In this document: one piece after another, positions 25,460 through 39,464 of the stretch
Numbering within the stretch: position 1 is the stretch's first letter
Layout of the letters: the number at the start of each line of letters is the position of its first letter
Assembly (NCBI GenBank): GCA_028534125.1
Contig: CM052818.1
Coordinates: forward strand, 24,554,001 to 24,618,000
Origin: Lama glama
Taxonomy: Eukaryota
Reading direction: 5' to 3'
DNA length: 64,000 bases
Made by a program: the position numbers and the translations under genes
The notes under the pieces: generated by a model
Told to the model about the DNA's origin: nothing
Database searches by the model: none
Seen by the model: the letters and a program-made list of their open reading frames with translations, nothing else

Positions 25460-26450
25460 GCCACCTCTAATTGTTGGAGTGAGCCAGAGCCTGGTCTCCA
25501 GACCTCTTCTCAGTCCATGCTTATCCCCTGGACTATCATACCAGTCTCTAAGGCTTAACTGCCATCAATATGCCAATGATTACCAGGTGTATATCCCCAG
25601 CCTCAACTTTTCCCTGAGTTCTAGCTTCACACACCAACTGCCTTCCTGTATCAATGTCACATGTGTCATTTGCAGCTCAAATTGACCATATCCAAAATAG
25701 AACTGCTGATCTCTACTGCCCAACCACTTTACCCTTCTCCTGGCCATTCTTTCCAGATCTTTCCTTTCTCAGGAAAATAGCAGCATCTACCTAGCTGTCC
25801 TTGTTAATCCATCCATAACTCCTGCACATCTTTCCTGTAAGGTACATCTTGATCGGACCCACTTAGCTTTCTCTACCATAACCATCCTAGTCCAGACAGC
25901 CGTTCTCTCTCACTCTGATCCCTGTAGTAGCCTCCTGTCGGTCTCCATGTTTCTGCTAGAGATGGTCTGAAGACGTAACTCAGACGACACTTCTCCTTAC
26001 AGTCTTGGAAGGCTTCCTCTTCCACTCATGATAAACTTCGAAAGCCTCACTTTGGCTGACACAGACTGATGTGATTTGACCCCTGTCTATCTTTCTGTTC
26101 TATTTACCTCCTTGCCCACTATTCCTCAGGCCCACTGGTCTTTTTGTCCCCCATGCACCAAGCTCATTCCTTTCTCAGGGCTGCATGAGCTGTCTTCCCT
26201 TCATTTACACAAGACTGGCTCTTTGTCTTTAATTATATCATCTCAAATGTCACATCTTCAAAAGGCCTTTCCTAACCACAATGTGAAGTGGTCAACCAGT
26301 TTTTTCCATATTAGATCACTATTTTCTGTAGACTATTTATTACTTTCTGGATTTTTTTTAGACTCTCCTCACTGAAATGTAAATGTCCTGGGAGCAGAAA
26401 CCTGCCCCTTTTCTTGATTACATTCCTGGCTCCTAGAATGATGCCTAGTT
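25460..26450 (+). mobile_element. L2 LINE 3' portion
   Basis: ccatcaatatgccaatgat (degenerate YADD-coding region), catatccaaaatagaact, tctcaaatgtcac, actgaaatgtaaatgtcctgggagcag. Confidence 0.8.
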
Positions 26451-27699
26451 ATCATATAAGTAATCATGTGTGTGCATGTGTTTGTGGATATATGTGTTGT
26501 ACATATAAACGAATGTACAATCAGTCATTTACACATTAGTATAAATTGGTTTGTCATATTGCTTTCTTCCTAATACCATCTAGAGACAGCTAAGAATTAA
26601 AGTTGTAATTAAGGAAGATAAACAGATATTTGAAGAATTGAATGTACTTGAGTAGGTTGCTGTAGTAAGAAGGGGCAAAAGTCAGCTTCAGAGCTCTAAG
26701 AGTCTTAGAACAGAAACACTTTTTCCTCATTCATAATTGTGGCTACGGTGGGAACTGTGAGGAGCAAGAGACTATTTTATCCCTTCATTCTTTCCTCTCC
26801 TGTGATCCCTGCTTCCAAGACCCAGAACTCAGGCCAGTACTGTTAAAAGACTTTAGAAATACTCTGTGGAATGTTAAAGAGGCATTCTGCAGTAGCCTGT
26901 CATGGGTTCATAGCTGTGTTATATCACATTGCTTCTATGGCAAGCAGGCTCAAAATTTAAGACAAAAAAGTGTAAGAAGGAGCATTTAGAGCTTTTCTGG
27001 GTTTTTTTGTTGTTTTTTTCTTTGGTCCTAGGGACCACCTGTGATTGATATTCTTTTAGCATACAGTCATTTAATTTACTTGGGAAACACTTGGGTATAA
27101 TAAGTCAAGGTAAGCTTATATATCAGATTCCAAATACAGATTTTTTTCTTTTTCCTTCCATCTCTTGCTTCTCTTCCACCAAATGAAGTAGAAGTAAGCA
27201 TTCTTCTTGAATTAGAACTCTTAGATGTTGATGAGTTGGGAATAGTTCTACGTCACGGAGTCCTGCCTTGGTCCTTGTCTGTACATCTGAGTTGGGAGGG
27301 GGCCTGAAGCTTGCCTACTGCCCGCTTGATCTTCCCTTTTTACCGGTTGTTTATTCCTGGGACCAGAACAGTTTAAAAACTGGGTATTCTAGGCGGTCCC
27401 TTGCCCACTGGCATGGTCAGACTTCTGTTTGCTTTCAGCGTTTTGAATATCCTTTGAGTTCTGTCAAGTAGGAATTATTTCACCTGGAGACTTTAAGGCA
27501 TGCAGGGAAGGAAACAGGCAATTTAGTTTTTCTCCCTATTTTGTATATAGAAACTTTAAAAAAAAATCTTAGATTGTATGTCATTTTTAAGTTGTATCCC
27601 TTCTGGACTTCTGGATAGCATAGGAAACATTTGATACCAAACTACCTATGCTGGCTGCTCACTTTGCTCTCCAAGTGCGGCGTTAATGACTGTGCACCA

Positions 27700-27930
27700 A
27701 GAGGGTACAGGGACAAGAGCATCAGAACAGAATTCAGGAAGCAGACCTTCTAACCATTATTCACTGTATGGCTGGAATCAACTTCTTGGCTCAGCCTTGG
27801 CTTCCTTGGCTGTAAGTTAGGTATAATAGTCCATGGCAAGTTAAAAAGCTGAGGAGAGGATTAAGTAATGTGGATTTCAGAGCACTTTGTCAACTGAAAA
27901 TTGACATAAAATGCAGGAAATCATTATCAT
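27700..27930 (+). mobile_element. MIR
   Basis: aagagcatcagaacagaattcaggaag...ctcagccttggcttccttggctgtaag...gaggattaag. Confidence 0.55.
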
Positions 27931-28294
27931 CATTTACACTGAGATCAACTCTCAAAATGTCAAAAGGAATAGAAACCATCAGAAAATGAGAATGAGAAGT
28001 CTTACCAGAGAAGGAGATTTTTCAGATTGATCACTTAGTTCTGCTGTGTGCTAGGCATAAACATTATATATTACCTTCTGTAGGTTATGTCAGTAAGTGG
28101 TGTGAAGCGATTTTTGCCTCCTCCCTAGGGTTTTTTTGTCCCTTAGACCCATCTCCTGGAAATGAGATTTTTCTACCTGTTGGGTGCTGCGCAACAAAAC
28201 ATACCTGTTTTTGTAACAACAACAACAAAGCTATCAATGGTTTGTATCTTGCAGTTTTTAATTTCCTAACTTCTGGCACCTTTGGAAACTAAGA

Positions 28295-28468
28295 CAGTCT
28301 ATAGTATATCTGTGAGTAACAAGCACGATGTGTTACGGCCCACCGCTTTATTTCCCAGTGGGCCCTAAAGTAGCTTAGATGGTGGCACGGCTCATGCGGT
28401 GCAATCCCAGGGGTCACCACCATCTAAAGGACACCCGGGAGACACGTGGGATACGACGCCCATGGCTG
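28295..28468. mobile_element. MER105-like non-autonomous DNA transposon
   Basis: CAG...CTG termini; internal inverted repeat ttagatggtgg / ccaccatctaa. Family name recognised from memory. Confidence 0.65.
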
Positions 28469-29594
28469 TATGGGGTGGTGAAGGCCGTTTTACAGCATGT
28501 AGGAGCATGAGCACCAGTAGCCTGTTGCATGAGAAGATTAAGGCTTAGAGAGAAGTGACTTGCCTGTTATTTAGTCGAAGTTTGTATTAATGGTAAATCG
28601 TGGTGTTTGGTATCTGGTATGTAACTACTCTATCATTCTACTTTGGATTTATTTTCGAAGTAAGCATTGCGTACGCTCTTTCCCATAGAGCTTACAATTT
28701 TTTGGGAAATTATTCATTTCTCTTTTTGCCTTAATTTTAGTGTTTTCCATTTTTAAAGCATGTAACAGTGGATTATATTCAAGTTCCTTGAGGTCACACA
28801 TTGTCATCTTCCCCTTTGACATCAAACACCTAGTAGAGGCCATGCCTCAAAAACCCTCAGAAATGAATAAAGACTTAATTCTGTACTTGTAGATTTTTAA
28901 TATTTCCTACATGTAAAAATTTAAACAATAAGCCAACTGGAGACTCCTTTAAACATGTTCAGCTCTGACCTAGCTGGCAAAAAATAGCATGCCAAGATAA
29001 TCTTCACCAGCACAGCCATGTGCTGCTGATGGACGTGACCACAAGGGAGATGAGCTCATTCAGGGCCTGGACCAAAGATCCTGTGATAGGCGGCTGCTCA
29101 GGCTCTGGGGTCAGTGGGGCCCAAGAAGAGCATATTGGGGATGCTCTCAGCTGTCACGTCCTCCAAAGACACCAGCAACTTTGAAAGTCAAACCCCAGTC
29201 TTCGACAGAAATTGGAGCCCCCAGAGTGGGCTCACTAGAGGTTACTGTCCAAAGCATCTGTCTGTAATAACACTCGGTCTGCCCCCGACTTAGCCGAAGA
29301 GATGGAGTTGGAAGGGAACACAGCAGCACCCCACCCAAAACAAGACTGTTCCCAAGGGAAATTGTCCCCAGTCGTTCTGAATTCCCCCAGTCATCTGAGC
29401 CACCCTGGAGTGGTGGGCATCTGATTGATGCAGTCATTTCTTCTCCTTCCCTCCGACTTCACCCATAGATTTGGGGTTTGCATGGCTAGACTCCCAGACG
29501 AACTTGTTAACAGTCTCAATCTCAGAAAGATTACACAAAATCATGTCAGTGCCGTGTTACTGAATATGCATCACCAGAGGATAAACGAACGTGA

Positions 29595-29815
29595 ACTTAG
29601 ATTCAGATAGACCTGAATTCAAACCCACCCACTCCTGCTTCCTGGAGGTATGACATCCTCAGAGGCAAATTGCTTAATTTCTCTCTGCTTTAGTTTCTTA
29701 ACCGGAATAATGGGGCCATGGAACTCGACTCCACAGGGTTGAGGATTACATGAGAACACGTTTATAAAGTACCCAGTGCAGGGCCACGCATGGAGTTGAC
29801 GCAACAAAAATGTTC
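29595..29815 (+). mobile_element. MIR
   Basis: agacctgaattcaaaccc...ggcaaattgcttaatttctctctgctttagtttc...cacagggttgaggattacatgaga. Confidence 0.8.
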
Positions 29816-31389
29816 CATCTCTTTTTTTTCCTTCTTCTACTTTAATGTCCTGAGAAATGAGCTTAGCTCTCTCGTAGTGTTCAGCTCCATGATGTTGCCG
29901 CAACTGAAAAAATAGGAAGTCAAAATTGTCAGCCTGTTTTTATTTTCTACTAAGGATTCTGGTGAGGTGGACATCCCCAAACGCGTTCCTGTTTCCTGCA
30001 ATTTCACTGACTCTCTCTGAGCTTTATTCTCCAGATGCGCATTTTCAGCTCAGCACAGATTGAGAAGGAAGTGCCAGAGCTCCAATGTGTGTGTATTAAA
30101 TGGGATGATTAACATTTCGCATCAGCCTACATGGAAATGAAAACCGAATGACTTTTCCCTGAGCCAAGGTTTCCCCATGCTGTGGTGTCCCCTCTCCCAA
30201 GAGGACCCTAAAGACCACGTATATTTGGTCTTCAAATACGCTAATAAGCAGTCAGTTTCTTTGCTGCTAGGAAAGGTCAGGACTGCTGAAAATGGGCCCT
30301 CCAGTCTGTAGGTGGGCCAAGAGGCAGAGCCACCCAGGGACATGGCCAGAGGAGCAGCCCCAGGCCACCCTAATCGCTCAAATGTCTTTCCATGGAACTT
30401 TATCTTAACCTCAGGCCAGTGAGAAGCTGTCTGGGGGTAAAACGCTCCATACTTTCCAGTGCACTTTCCCACGAATGGGTGACGTCATTAGAGTTGAGGG
30501 AAACACACAAAAGCAAAAATTTATAAGGACAGAGCAAAATGAAGGAAGGCCAGACACAGATTTCACAAGATTTGCACCATGAATGGCCTATTCTCCTAAA
30601 CTTAAAAAACACTGAGGAGTAGACGGTATGCAGAAGGCCCAGAAGCATTTTATACAAACCCAGGAAAGCTCCCTTCAGTTTTTTGGTTTTTTTTTTTTTT
30701 TGTATCCTTTATTCTCTCTGCTCAAGAGAAGAGTTTGTACTCAGTCCTTTTTAAGTTTCGTGGTTGGCGATTGCAATCCTGTTTTTCTCAAAGGGCAGCA
30801 CTGCATGGGCACCTGGCAGTGAGCACAGGGCTGGGCAGGGACTGGGATGAGAACAACGATGTTCCTTACCAGGATGGGGACCAGGGAGCAGGGCTACTTG
30901 GCGTCTGCCATGCCTCATCCAAAACTCGGCAGTTGGAGAATTGGTGCCCCAATCCCCCGCCAGCCACCTTCACTCAGTCCTGCAAAAGTCATCTCAGAAG
31001 AGAAGGGGAGCTGGTCTTCTTATGATCTCTAGGTCAGCCCAAGCAGGGACACTTGGCAGAAGCTTGCTCTACAGGGGTGTGTGTGCGTGTGTGTTTCGTG
31101 TTTGGAGGGTTGGTACTGTGGACGTGTGTTGTGAACGTAAACATCCTCTTCTCCCTCTCAAGGAGGACACCAAAGGGAGTGAGCACTGCGTGCCGGGGAA
31201 GTGTGTTAAGCCTTTTTCCTCCGTGAGGATTAACAGAAGTGTGGGTCTCCGATGAGTGACAAGTAAATGATACACAGGGAATGACTTTAGTTTCTCCCGT
31301 TGCACATGTGAATTTATGGTCATGAAAATGAGAATCTCAAGGGTCACTGTTTGGGTTTTTTTCTTTCAAACTCAGGCCTCAGCCTGCAT

Positions 31390-31662
31390 TTTAAAGCAAC
31401 TTTATTGAGACATAATTTATATACCATAATCTTCACCCACTTGAAGTGTAAAATTCAGTGATTTTGGGGGGTTTGGTTTTTTGGGTTTTTTTGGTAAATT
31501 TACTGTATTGTGCAGCCATTACCCTGATCCAGATCTACAGTGTCCCATCACCCCGGTAAACTCCCTCGTGGCCACACGCAGGTACTCCCCGTCCCCACCT
31601 CCAGCCCCAGACACCCGCTAATGCACTTTCTGACTCAACAGAGTTGTCTTTGCTCAGTATTT
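31390..31662 (-). mobile_element. Old L1 (L1MB-like) 3' end
   Basis: ctttattgagacataatttatataccataa...gtgtaaaattcagtg...tgtgcagccattacc...ccagccccagacacc. Confidence 0.8.
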
Positions 31663-34600
31663 AACAATTTTTATTGGTGAAAACGCCATGGATTCTCTGC
31701 ATGATATTAATTTACTTTAGTTTATTCATAATGTTAGTGATCTACCATGGATTCTGTGAGACTGTAACATTTTATTTTATTCATCACAAAATATCTGCAG
31801 ACAATTGCAAGCTACAAGCGTGAGATGCTTTGGTCCTCTTTGCTTGGTGCGTGTGTGGATTTGTGCACCTTTTGAAACAATCCCCCTCCCCTCCCACCAG
31901 CAGGAGCCTTGGCTCATACAGTAGGAATTGCTAGGAGAGAATATCACACAGTGATATTTAGAATTAGCCTTATGAATTGGGGTCACACCCCATGTTTAAT
32001 GATATAAAAATAAGTAAAAATAACTAAATGACCTTCAGTCGGTTGATCACAACATGGGGCTAAGGAGGCAACTTTGAGCTGCTTGTTCTCATCTGTGGCC
32101 TTTGGTGTCACCTTGTTGGCCCCTCAGATCAATTCAAATCCGTGGAAATGGTCAGGAGTAGAGACCAAGCCTTTATAGAACAGAGGTGCATGATCTCCCT
32201 GCACAAAGAATGACACATTGTCACTAAACTTAAAAAAACTGGGCTATTAAAAAAAAAATAACTGAATTGCCATGCCGTAGGTACCTCATGAGCAACAAAA
32301 CTGAATTTAAGGCCCTTTGGTATTTTTAGAAGAGAAGGCTAAGGCAATTTAAAAGGCAAGTCATACAACGTGACTGGGAAAGAATTTCAGTATCTGTAGG
32401 GGGTAGCGCGTGTTACAGCCATGAAGTCACGGCGCTGGGCATGGATGCCTGACGCCCGCTGGAATGCCACCGTGGCGGCTCAGCACCCTGTCCTTGCCTC
32501 CCATCTTGTCCCAGGAAGGAGACGTGAGCTGTGTATTACTGGTTGTCCTCCAGTTTCTTCCAGAAAGGGATTTAAATCCATAAGATGCTTTATATGGTTC
32601 AGCCACATGATCTAGAAATGCCTAATCTGTTGGTGACCATATGTGATAACCTTTGTTCAGCTCAGCACCTATAAATCCAGCCTTTTGTGCACAAGGAGAA
32701 AACGGCTTATTTTAGCTCTGTTACTTACAATCAGGGAATTGTGTATTGTTCCCCTTCTCCGACTCCCCGGCCCTCTGAAGGTCCTTCGTAAACCTCACGC
32801 TGTTGTTAGGTTAGCCCTGTAGAAGCTCCGGGTTGAGATAACAAGCCGGACTGGCTGTGGTTCTTACTGAAACGATCCCCCCCGGGGTCTGCACATGGGC
32901 CCAGCAGAGGACTGACGATACCTGCTCATTCCTGAGTTAGCTGCAAAACAAAACCACAAATGTGCACGAGGATTGGGGAAAATGTCCTTTTCTGAACAAT
33001 TCCACAAATGGTGATACTTCAGATGGTTGAAATACGGCAGACCAACAGACCCCTAAATTAACCCCCTTGTCAAAAAGGCCGGCAGTTCAGGCTGCTCAGA
33101 GGAGGGCAGCGTCAGCCCGAGGCTTCTGCTGTGCAGAGTGATTTTGGTCCTGAGAGTAAGCGTGAAGCCCAGTCTTCTCCAACTTCTACACTTGAGCTGA
33201 GTCTATGGTGGGGTATTAGCGGCAAGTAGCGATCAAAATAAAAAACTGTGTTCTGACAGGTGATGCCAGCGGCTGCCTAGGTATCCTGAACTGAGTCCCT
33301 GAGGCCGTGCGGCACTCTTGATCATCAAACGTTCCAGTGCTCTTCCCTCTCCACCATTCACTAGACATGGAAAAGGATATTCACACCCGCTTTTAAAAAT
33401 TAAAAGGCAGCAAGATGATACAGCGGCAAGGCATAGGCTTCAAGGCCATTCTGCATTCGTTTTCATTCATTTCTTCCACAAATGTTTAGCGGGCACCTAC
33501 TAAGTGCTCAGCCCTGTTCTACACGGTGGTTAGAGGGATAAAAAAGGCAGCTGCTGTTGACTCCCGTGAAGCCAGATACTTAACAAAAATATGATAACAT
33601 TCAGATCGCAGTGAGGATGAATATCGAGAAGAAAAAAAAAAACAGGATCACGGAATCGAGAGAGAGTGTGTATATGCAGGTGGGACTTTAGTAGGGTGCT
33701 GTGGCCCCCTGTACCACTAACAGGTGATGAATCACCTGATCACCTAAACCTCTGACCCTCCCCGTGCGGACTTACCAGGCAGTTCTAGTCCGAGAAACTA
33801 GGACAAGTGTTTTTTCCTGGGACTCCCCACTTCATACAGTGCCTCTGAATGGTCTGGTGTTTCCCTTCTCTCTCTGGCAGCTTGTACTCTGTCTGTTCCT
33901 ACCAGGCAGTACCTCGGTGCCCTGGGTGTCTCTCCCTAATGCCCTCTGTCCGCCCAATCTAGAGATTCCAGGTTAGTCACAACGTTGGAATATCCAACCA
34001 CTGATCCACACCAAAGCATCACTGATTCATTTTGCTGTCACAAGGGCAGAGCTTTTACATTTAGCACAAAAGAGTGACTACATTTGCACAGTATCGTGGT
34101 TTAAAAAGTACATTTGTCTAATTATTTCTTTGATATCCACAGCAGGTCTGGTACAGTTTGGCAATCTGGATGTGTTAGGTTCAGAACACGGGGTAATATC
34201 TGGCAAGAACAGGATGTGATCAAGGATCCTAGACGTGAGCTTACAGCAGGAAGACCTGGGCACCAGGCATCAGAGAATGTGGATTCTAATCCCACCTCCT
34301 GCACTCACGTTCCACCCGCCCTTCAGAGCTTTAGTTTCCTCCCCTGAAAAATTGGCGCTGATGGTCCTGTTCCCAGCCACCCCGACACCTCAGAATTGTC
34401 AGGAAGAGCAAAGAGTGTAACACCTGTGGCAGTGCTCTAGAAACTGTAAGATGCTGTAAAAGTAAGAGCTGATTATCAAAAGGTATTTATCAAATACTAA
34501 GAGCTGTCCTAGGTGCCTGGGAGAGAGACAAGGACAAAACTTGACATTAGAGCTCAGCCTCATCACGTAGTCTTAGCAGCTTGGATGCAGTCCTACCCCT

Positions 34601-35821
34601 TACTCTCTGATCTTCGCATTAGAAATTGTATCTCTAGTAAAGTCCAAATGATGGGCGTGCCATCCCTTCCCAGGCATCTCAAGGCACGAGTCTCTTATCA
34701 AGCTTGTAAAAAGTAATTGTAAGGTCGAGTGAATATGCAAAGCAGTTCTGTGAGTCAAAGTCAATAAAATATACTGTTGGTAAATAAGTTGCTGTAACAC
34801 AAAATACAAAATTAAGAGAGGATTTTGGTCTTGCTCTGTAGACCTTCATTGCTGGACAGGCATGGCTGGCAGGAAACCAAGACACACACATTTCTTCCCC
34901 TCACAGCCGGCCCTGGGAAAACTTCTACAGTGCTTTGTTTGTTTTTTTTTAGGATTCTTGTTCCGCTTTATGGCCTCTCCTTCCTGACTCTGGACTCTAG
35001 GAAATATTTTCTTCATCTCTTCCACCCCCTCCTCACCCTTTGAAATGTACCTACTTGGTGTGTAGCATGTATGATACCTTCCACCTAAGGACCTGACTAC
35101 CATCCCCTGACGACTGAAAAGACCAGAAAAGGCTGAAAATCAACCCTCTCTTCCCAGACAGGCCCTATTATTTAAATGAGACTATGTTTTAATGTATATT
35201 CAGGAGCCTTTTAATAACATAAGTAATACATACATTCTTCATAAATATAATAGGAAATATTAATAAGTAAAAAAGGAACCATACAATCCCAACATCCATT
35301 TGCAATCTTGTATCTGTCTTTCATATTTTATTTGTATATTTATTTTTGTATGTTACATTTATTTTTCTTTGTCATTTTAGTTTCCAAACAAAGAGGCGCT
35401 CAAGTATCTGAAATTTGCTTTCTGCACACAGGGAAATTATTTTATCTTCCATACTGTGCCCTTCTTTTTTTCTGTTTTTTTTTTTTAATTTTTATTTTAT
35501 TTTTTAAATTAAAGTACAGTGAGTTACAATGTGTCAATTTCTGGTGTACAGCATAATGAGCCAGTCATGCATATACATACATTAATTTTCATATTTTTCA
35601 TTAAAGGTTATTACAAGATACTGAACATAGTTCCCTGTGCTATATAAAAGAAACTTTTTAAACCTATTTATATATATAGTAGCTAACATTCATAAATCTC
35701 AAACTCCGAATTTATCCCTTCCCACCCTGTTTCCCTGGTACCCATAAGATTGTTTCCTCTGAATCTGTTTCTGTTTTGTAGATGAGTTCATAGTGTCTTT
35801 TTTTTTCTTTTTTTTTTTTTT

Positions 35822-38800
35822 TTAAGATTCCACATATGAGTGATATTATATGGTATTTTTCTTTCTCCTTCTGGCTTATTTCACTTAGAATGACGATACC
35901 TAGGTCCATCCATGTTGCTACAAATGACATCATGTTACTCTTTATGACTGAATAGTATTCCATTGTATAAATATACCACATCTTCTTTATCCAGTCATCT
36001 GTCGATGGACATTGTCTTGGCTATTGTATATAGTGTTGCTATGAACATTGGGATGCATGTATCTTTTCAAATTAGAGTTCCCTATGGATATATACCCAGA
36101 AGTAGGATTGCGGGATCATATGGTAGGTCTATTTTTTAATGTTTTGAGGAATCTCTATACTGTTTTCCATAATGACTGCACCTAACTGCATTTCTACCAA
36201 CAGTGTAGGAAGGTTCCCTTTTCTCCACACCCTCTTCAGCATTTATTGTTCATAGACTTTTGAATGATGGCCATTCTGACTGGTGTGAGGTGATAACCTC
36301 ATGGTAGTTTCAATTTGCATTTCTCTAATAATTAGTGATATTGAGCATTTTTTCATGTGCCTATTGGCCGTCTGTATGTCTTCACTGGAGAATTGCTTGT
36401 TTAGGGCTTCTGCCCATTTTTGGATTGGGTTGTTTGGTTTTTTGTTCATAAGCTGTATGAGCTATTTATATATTCTGGAAAGTAAGTCTTTGTCATTTGC
36501 ATTACTTGCAAATATTTTCTCCCATTCCATTGTCATTTTGTTTTGCTTATGGTTTCCTTTGCTGTGAAAAAGCTTATAAGTTTAATTAGGTCCCATTTGT
36601 TTATTTTTGCTCTTATTTCTATTGCTGAGGTAGACTGCCCTAGGAGAAAATTGCTAAGATTTATATCAGAGAATGTTTTGCTTATGTTTTCTTCTAGGAG
36701 ATTTATTGTGTCTTGTCTTATATTTAAGTCTTTAAGCCATTTTGAGTTTATTTTTGTGTATGGAGTGAAGCTGTGTTCTAACTTCACTGATTTACATGCT
36801 GCTGTCTAGATTTCCCAACACCATTTGCTGAAGAGACTGTCTTTTCTCCACTGTATATTCTTGCCTCCTTTGTCAAAGATTAATTGACCATAGGTCTGTG
36901 GGTTTATTCCTGGGCGCTCTATTCTGTGCCATTGGTCCATATGTCTGTTTTTGTACCAGTACCATGCTGTTTTGATTACAGTAGCTCTGCAGTATTGTCT
37001 GAAGTCTGGGTGGGTTATTCCTCCAGCTTCATTCTTTTTCTTCAATATTGCTTTAGCAATTCTGGGTCTTCTGTGAGTCCATATAAATTTTAGGATTGTT
37101 TGTTCTAGTTCTGTGAAAAATGCCCTGGATAATTTGATAGGGATTATATTAAATCTGTAGATTGCCTTGGGCAGTATGGCCATTTTAATGATACTGATTC
37201 TTCCAATCCAAAAGCATGGGATACCTTTCCATTTCTTTAAGTCATCTTTAATTTCCTTAATTAAATTTTTGTAGTTCTCCATGTATAAGTCTTTCACCTC
37301 CTTGGTCAGATTTATTCCTGAGTATTTTATTGTTTTGGATGTGATTTTAAAGGGGATTGTTTCTTTACTTCCTTTTCCTGCTAATTCATTGTTAGTGTAA
37401 AGAAATGCAACTGATATTTGTATGTTAACCTTGTATCCTGCTACCTTACCAAATTCTTTTATTAGCTCTAGTAATTTTTGTGTGGAGCTTTTAGGATTTT
37501 CTGTATATAATATCATGTCATCTGCATATAGTGACAATTTTACCTCTTCTCTTCCAATTTGGATCCCTTTTATCTCTTTTTATTGCCTGATGCCATGCCT
37601 TGGACATCTAAGACTGTGTTGAATAGAGGTGGTGAGAGTGGGCATCCTTGTCTTATTCCAGATTTTAAGTTTTTCACTGTTGAATATTATGCTGGCTGTG
37701 GGTTTGTCATAAATAGCTTTTATTATGTTGAGATATGTTCCCTCTATACCCACTTTGGTAAGAGGTTTTATCATAAATGGGTGTTGAACTTTATCAAATG
37801 CTTTTTCTGCATCTGTTGAGATGATCATGTGTTTTTGACCTTTCTTTTGTGGATGTGGTGTGTCACATTGATTGATTTGCATATGTTGAACCATCCTTGT
37901 GTCCCTGGGATGAATCCTACTGGTCATGGTGTATGATCCTTTTTATGTGCTGTTGCATTCTGTTTGCTAATATTTTCTTGAGGATTATCAGTATCAGTGA
38001 TATTGGCCTGTAATTTTTTCTGATAGTGTCTTTGTCTGGTTTTGGTATCAGGGTGATGATGGCTTCATAGAATGAGTTTGGAAGTACTCCCTCCTTTTCA
38101 GTCTTTCGGAAGAGTTTGAGAAGGACCAGCACGAGTTAGTTCTTCTTTGTGTGTTCGGTAAAATTCCCCAGTGAAGCCATCTGGTCCTGGACTTTTGTTT
38201 GCAGGGAGGTTTTTTATTGCTAATTCTATTTCATTTCTAGGATCGGTCTGTTCAAGTGGTCTGTTTTTCTTGATTCAGTCTTGGTGGACTGTATGTTTCC
38301 AGAAACTTGTCCATTTCTTCTAGGTTGTCCAATTTGTTTCCTTATAGTCATTGATAGTATTCTCTTAAAGGTTTTGGGTTTTTTTTAATATTTCTGTGGT
38401 ATTGGTTGTACTTTCTCCATTTTCCTTTCTTATTTTGTTTGTGTCCTTTCTTTTCTTCTTAGCCTGGCCAGAGGTTTGTCAATTTTGTTTACTATTTCAA
38501 AAAAAAACAGCTGTTGGTTTGATTGATTGTTTTTCTATTATTTTGTATCTCTAGCTTATTTATCTCTTCCCTGACCTTTATTATTTCCTTCCTTCTGCTG
38601 ACTTTAGGTTTTGTTTGTGTTTCTTTAATTCTTTTAGGTTATAGGTTGGGTTTTTCACTTGAGATCATTCTTCGTTTTTGGCCTGTGTCGCTATGAACGT
38701 CCTTTATAGGACTGCTTTTGCTGCATCCCATAGATTTTGTGTGGTTGTGTTTTCATTGTCATTTGTCTCAGTGTTTTTAATTTCTTCTCTTTCATCATTG

Positions 38801-39464
38801 ACCCATTGGTTTTTTTAGTAGCATGTGGTTTAATCTCCATGCTGTTGTTTTATTCTCATTTGTTTTTCTGTGGTTAACTTCTAGTTCCATGCCATTGTGG
38901 TCAGAAAAGATGCTTGAAATAATTTCTGTCCTCTTAAATTTGTTGAGGCTTCTTTTGTGCCTGAGTACATGATCTATCCTAGAGAATGTTCCATGCACAC
39001 TTGAAAAGAATGTATATTCTGTTTTGGGGGGCTATATTGTCCTAAAAATATCAATCAAGTCTAACTGTTACTGCTCATTTAGTTTCTCCATTGCCTTACT
39101 GATTTTCTGCCTGGAAGATCTGCATATATGTTAATGAGTGTAATATCCTCATCTTGTATTGCTTCTTTAATCATTATATAATGTCCTTTATCTTTCTTTA
39201 TGGCCTTTGTTTTAAAGTCTATTTTGTCTGAAATTAGCATTGCTACTCCTGCTTTCTTGTCATTTCTATTTGCATGAAATATCTTTTTCCATCCTCTCAC
39301 TTTCAGTCTGTGTGTGTCCTGGCTCCCTAAAGTGGGTCTCTTGTATGCAGCATAATGTAGATTCTTGCTTTATTATCCAAGCTGCCACTCTATGTCTTTT
39401 GATTGGAGCATGTTAGTCCATTGACATTTATGGTAATTATTGATAGATGTGTGTTTATTGTCAT
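35822..39464 (-). pseudogene. L1 ORF2 (endonuclease/reverse transcriptase), frameshifted
   Basis: ORF-track fragments 39079-39300, 38795-38998, 37917-38132, 36806-37537 (YADD), 36533-36787, 36243-36449 and 35712-35981 all match L1 ORF2p. Confidence 0.93.
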
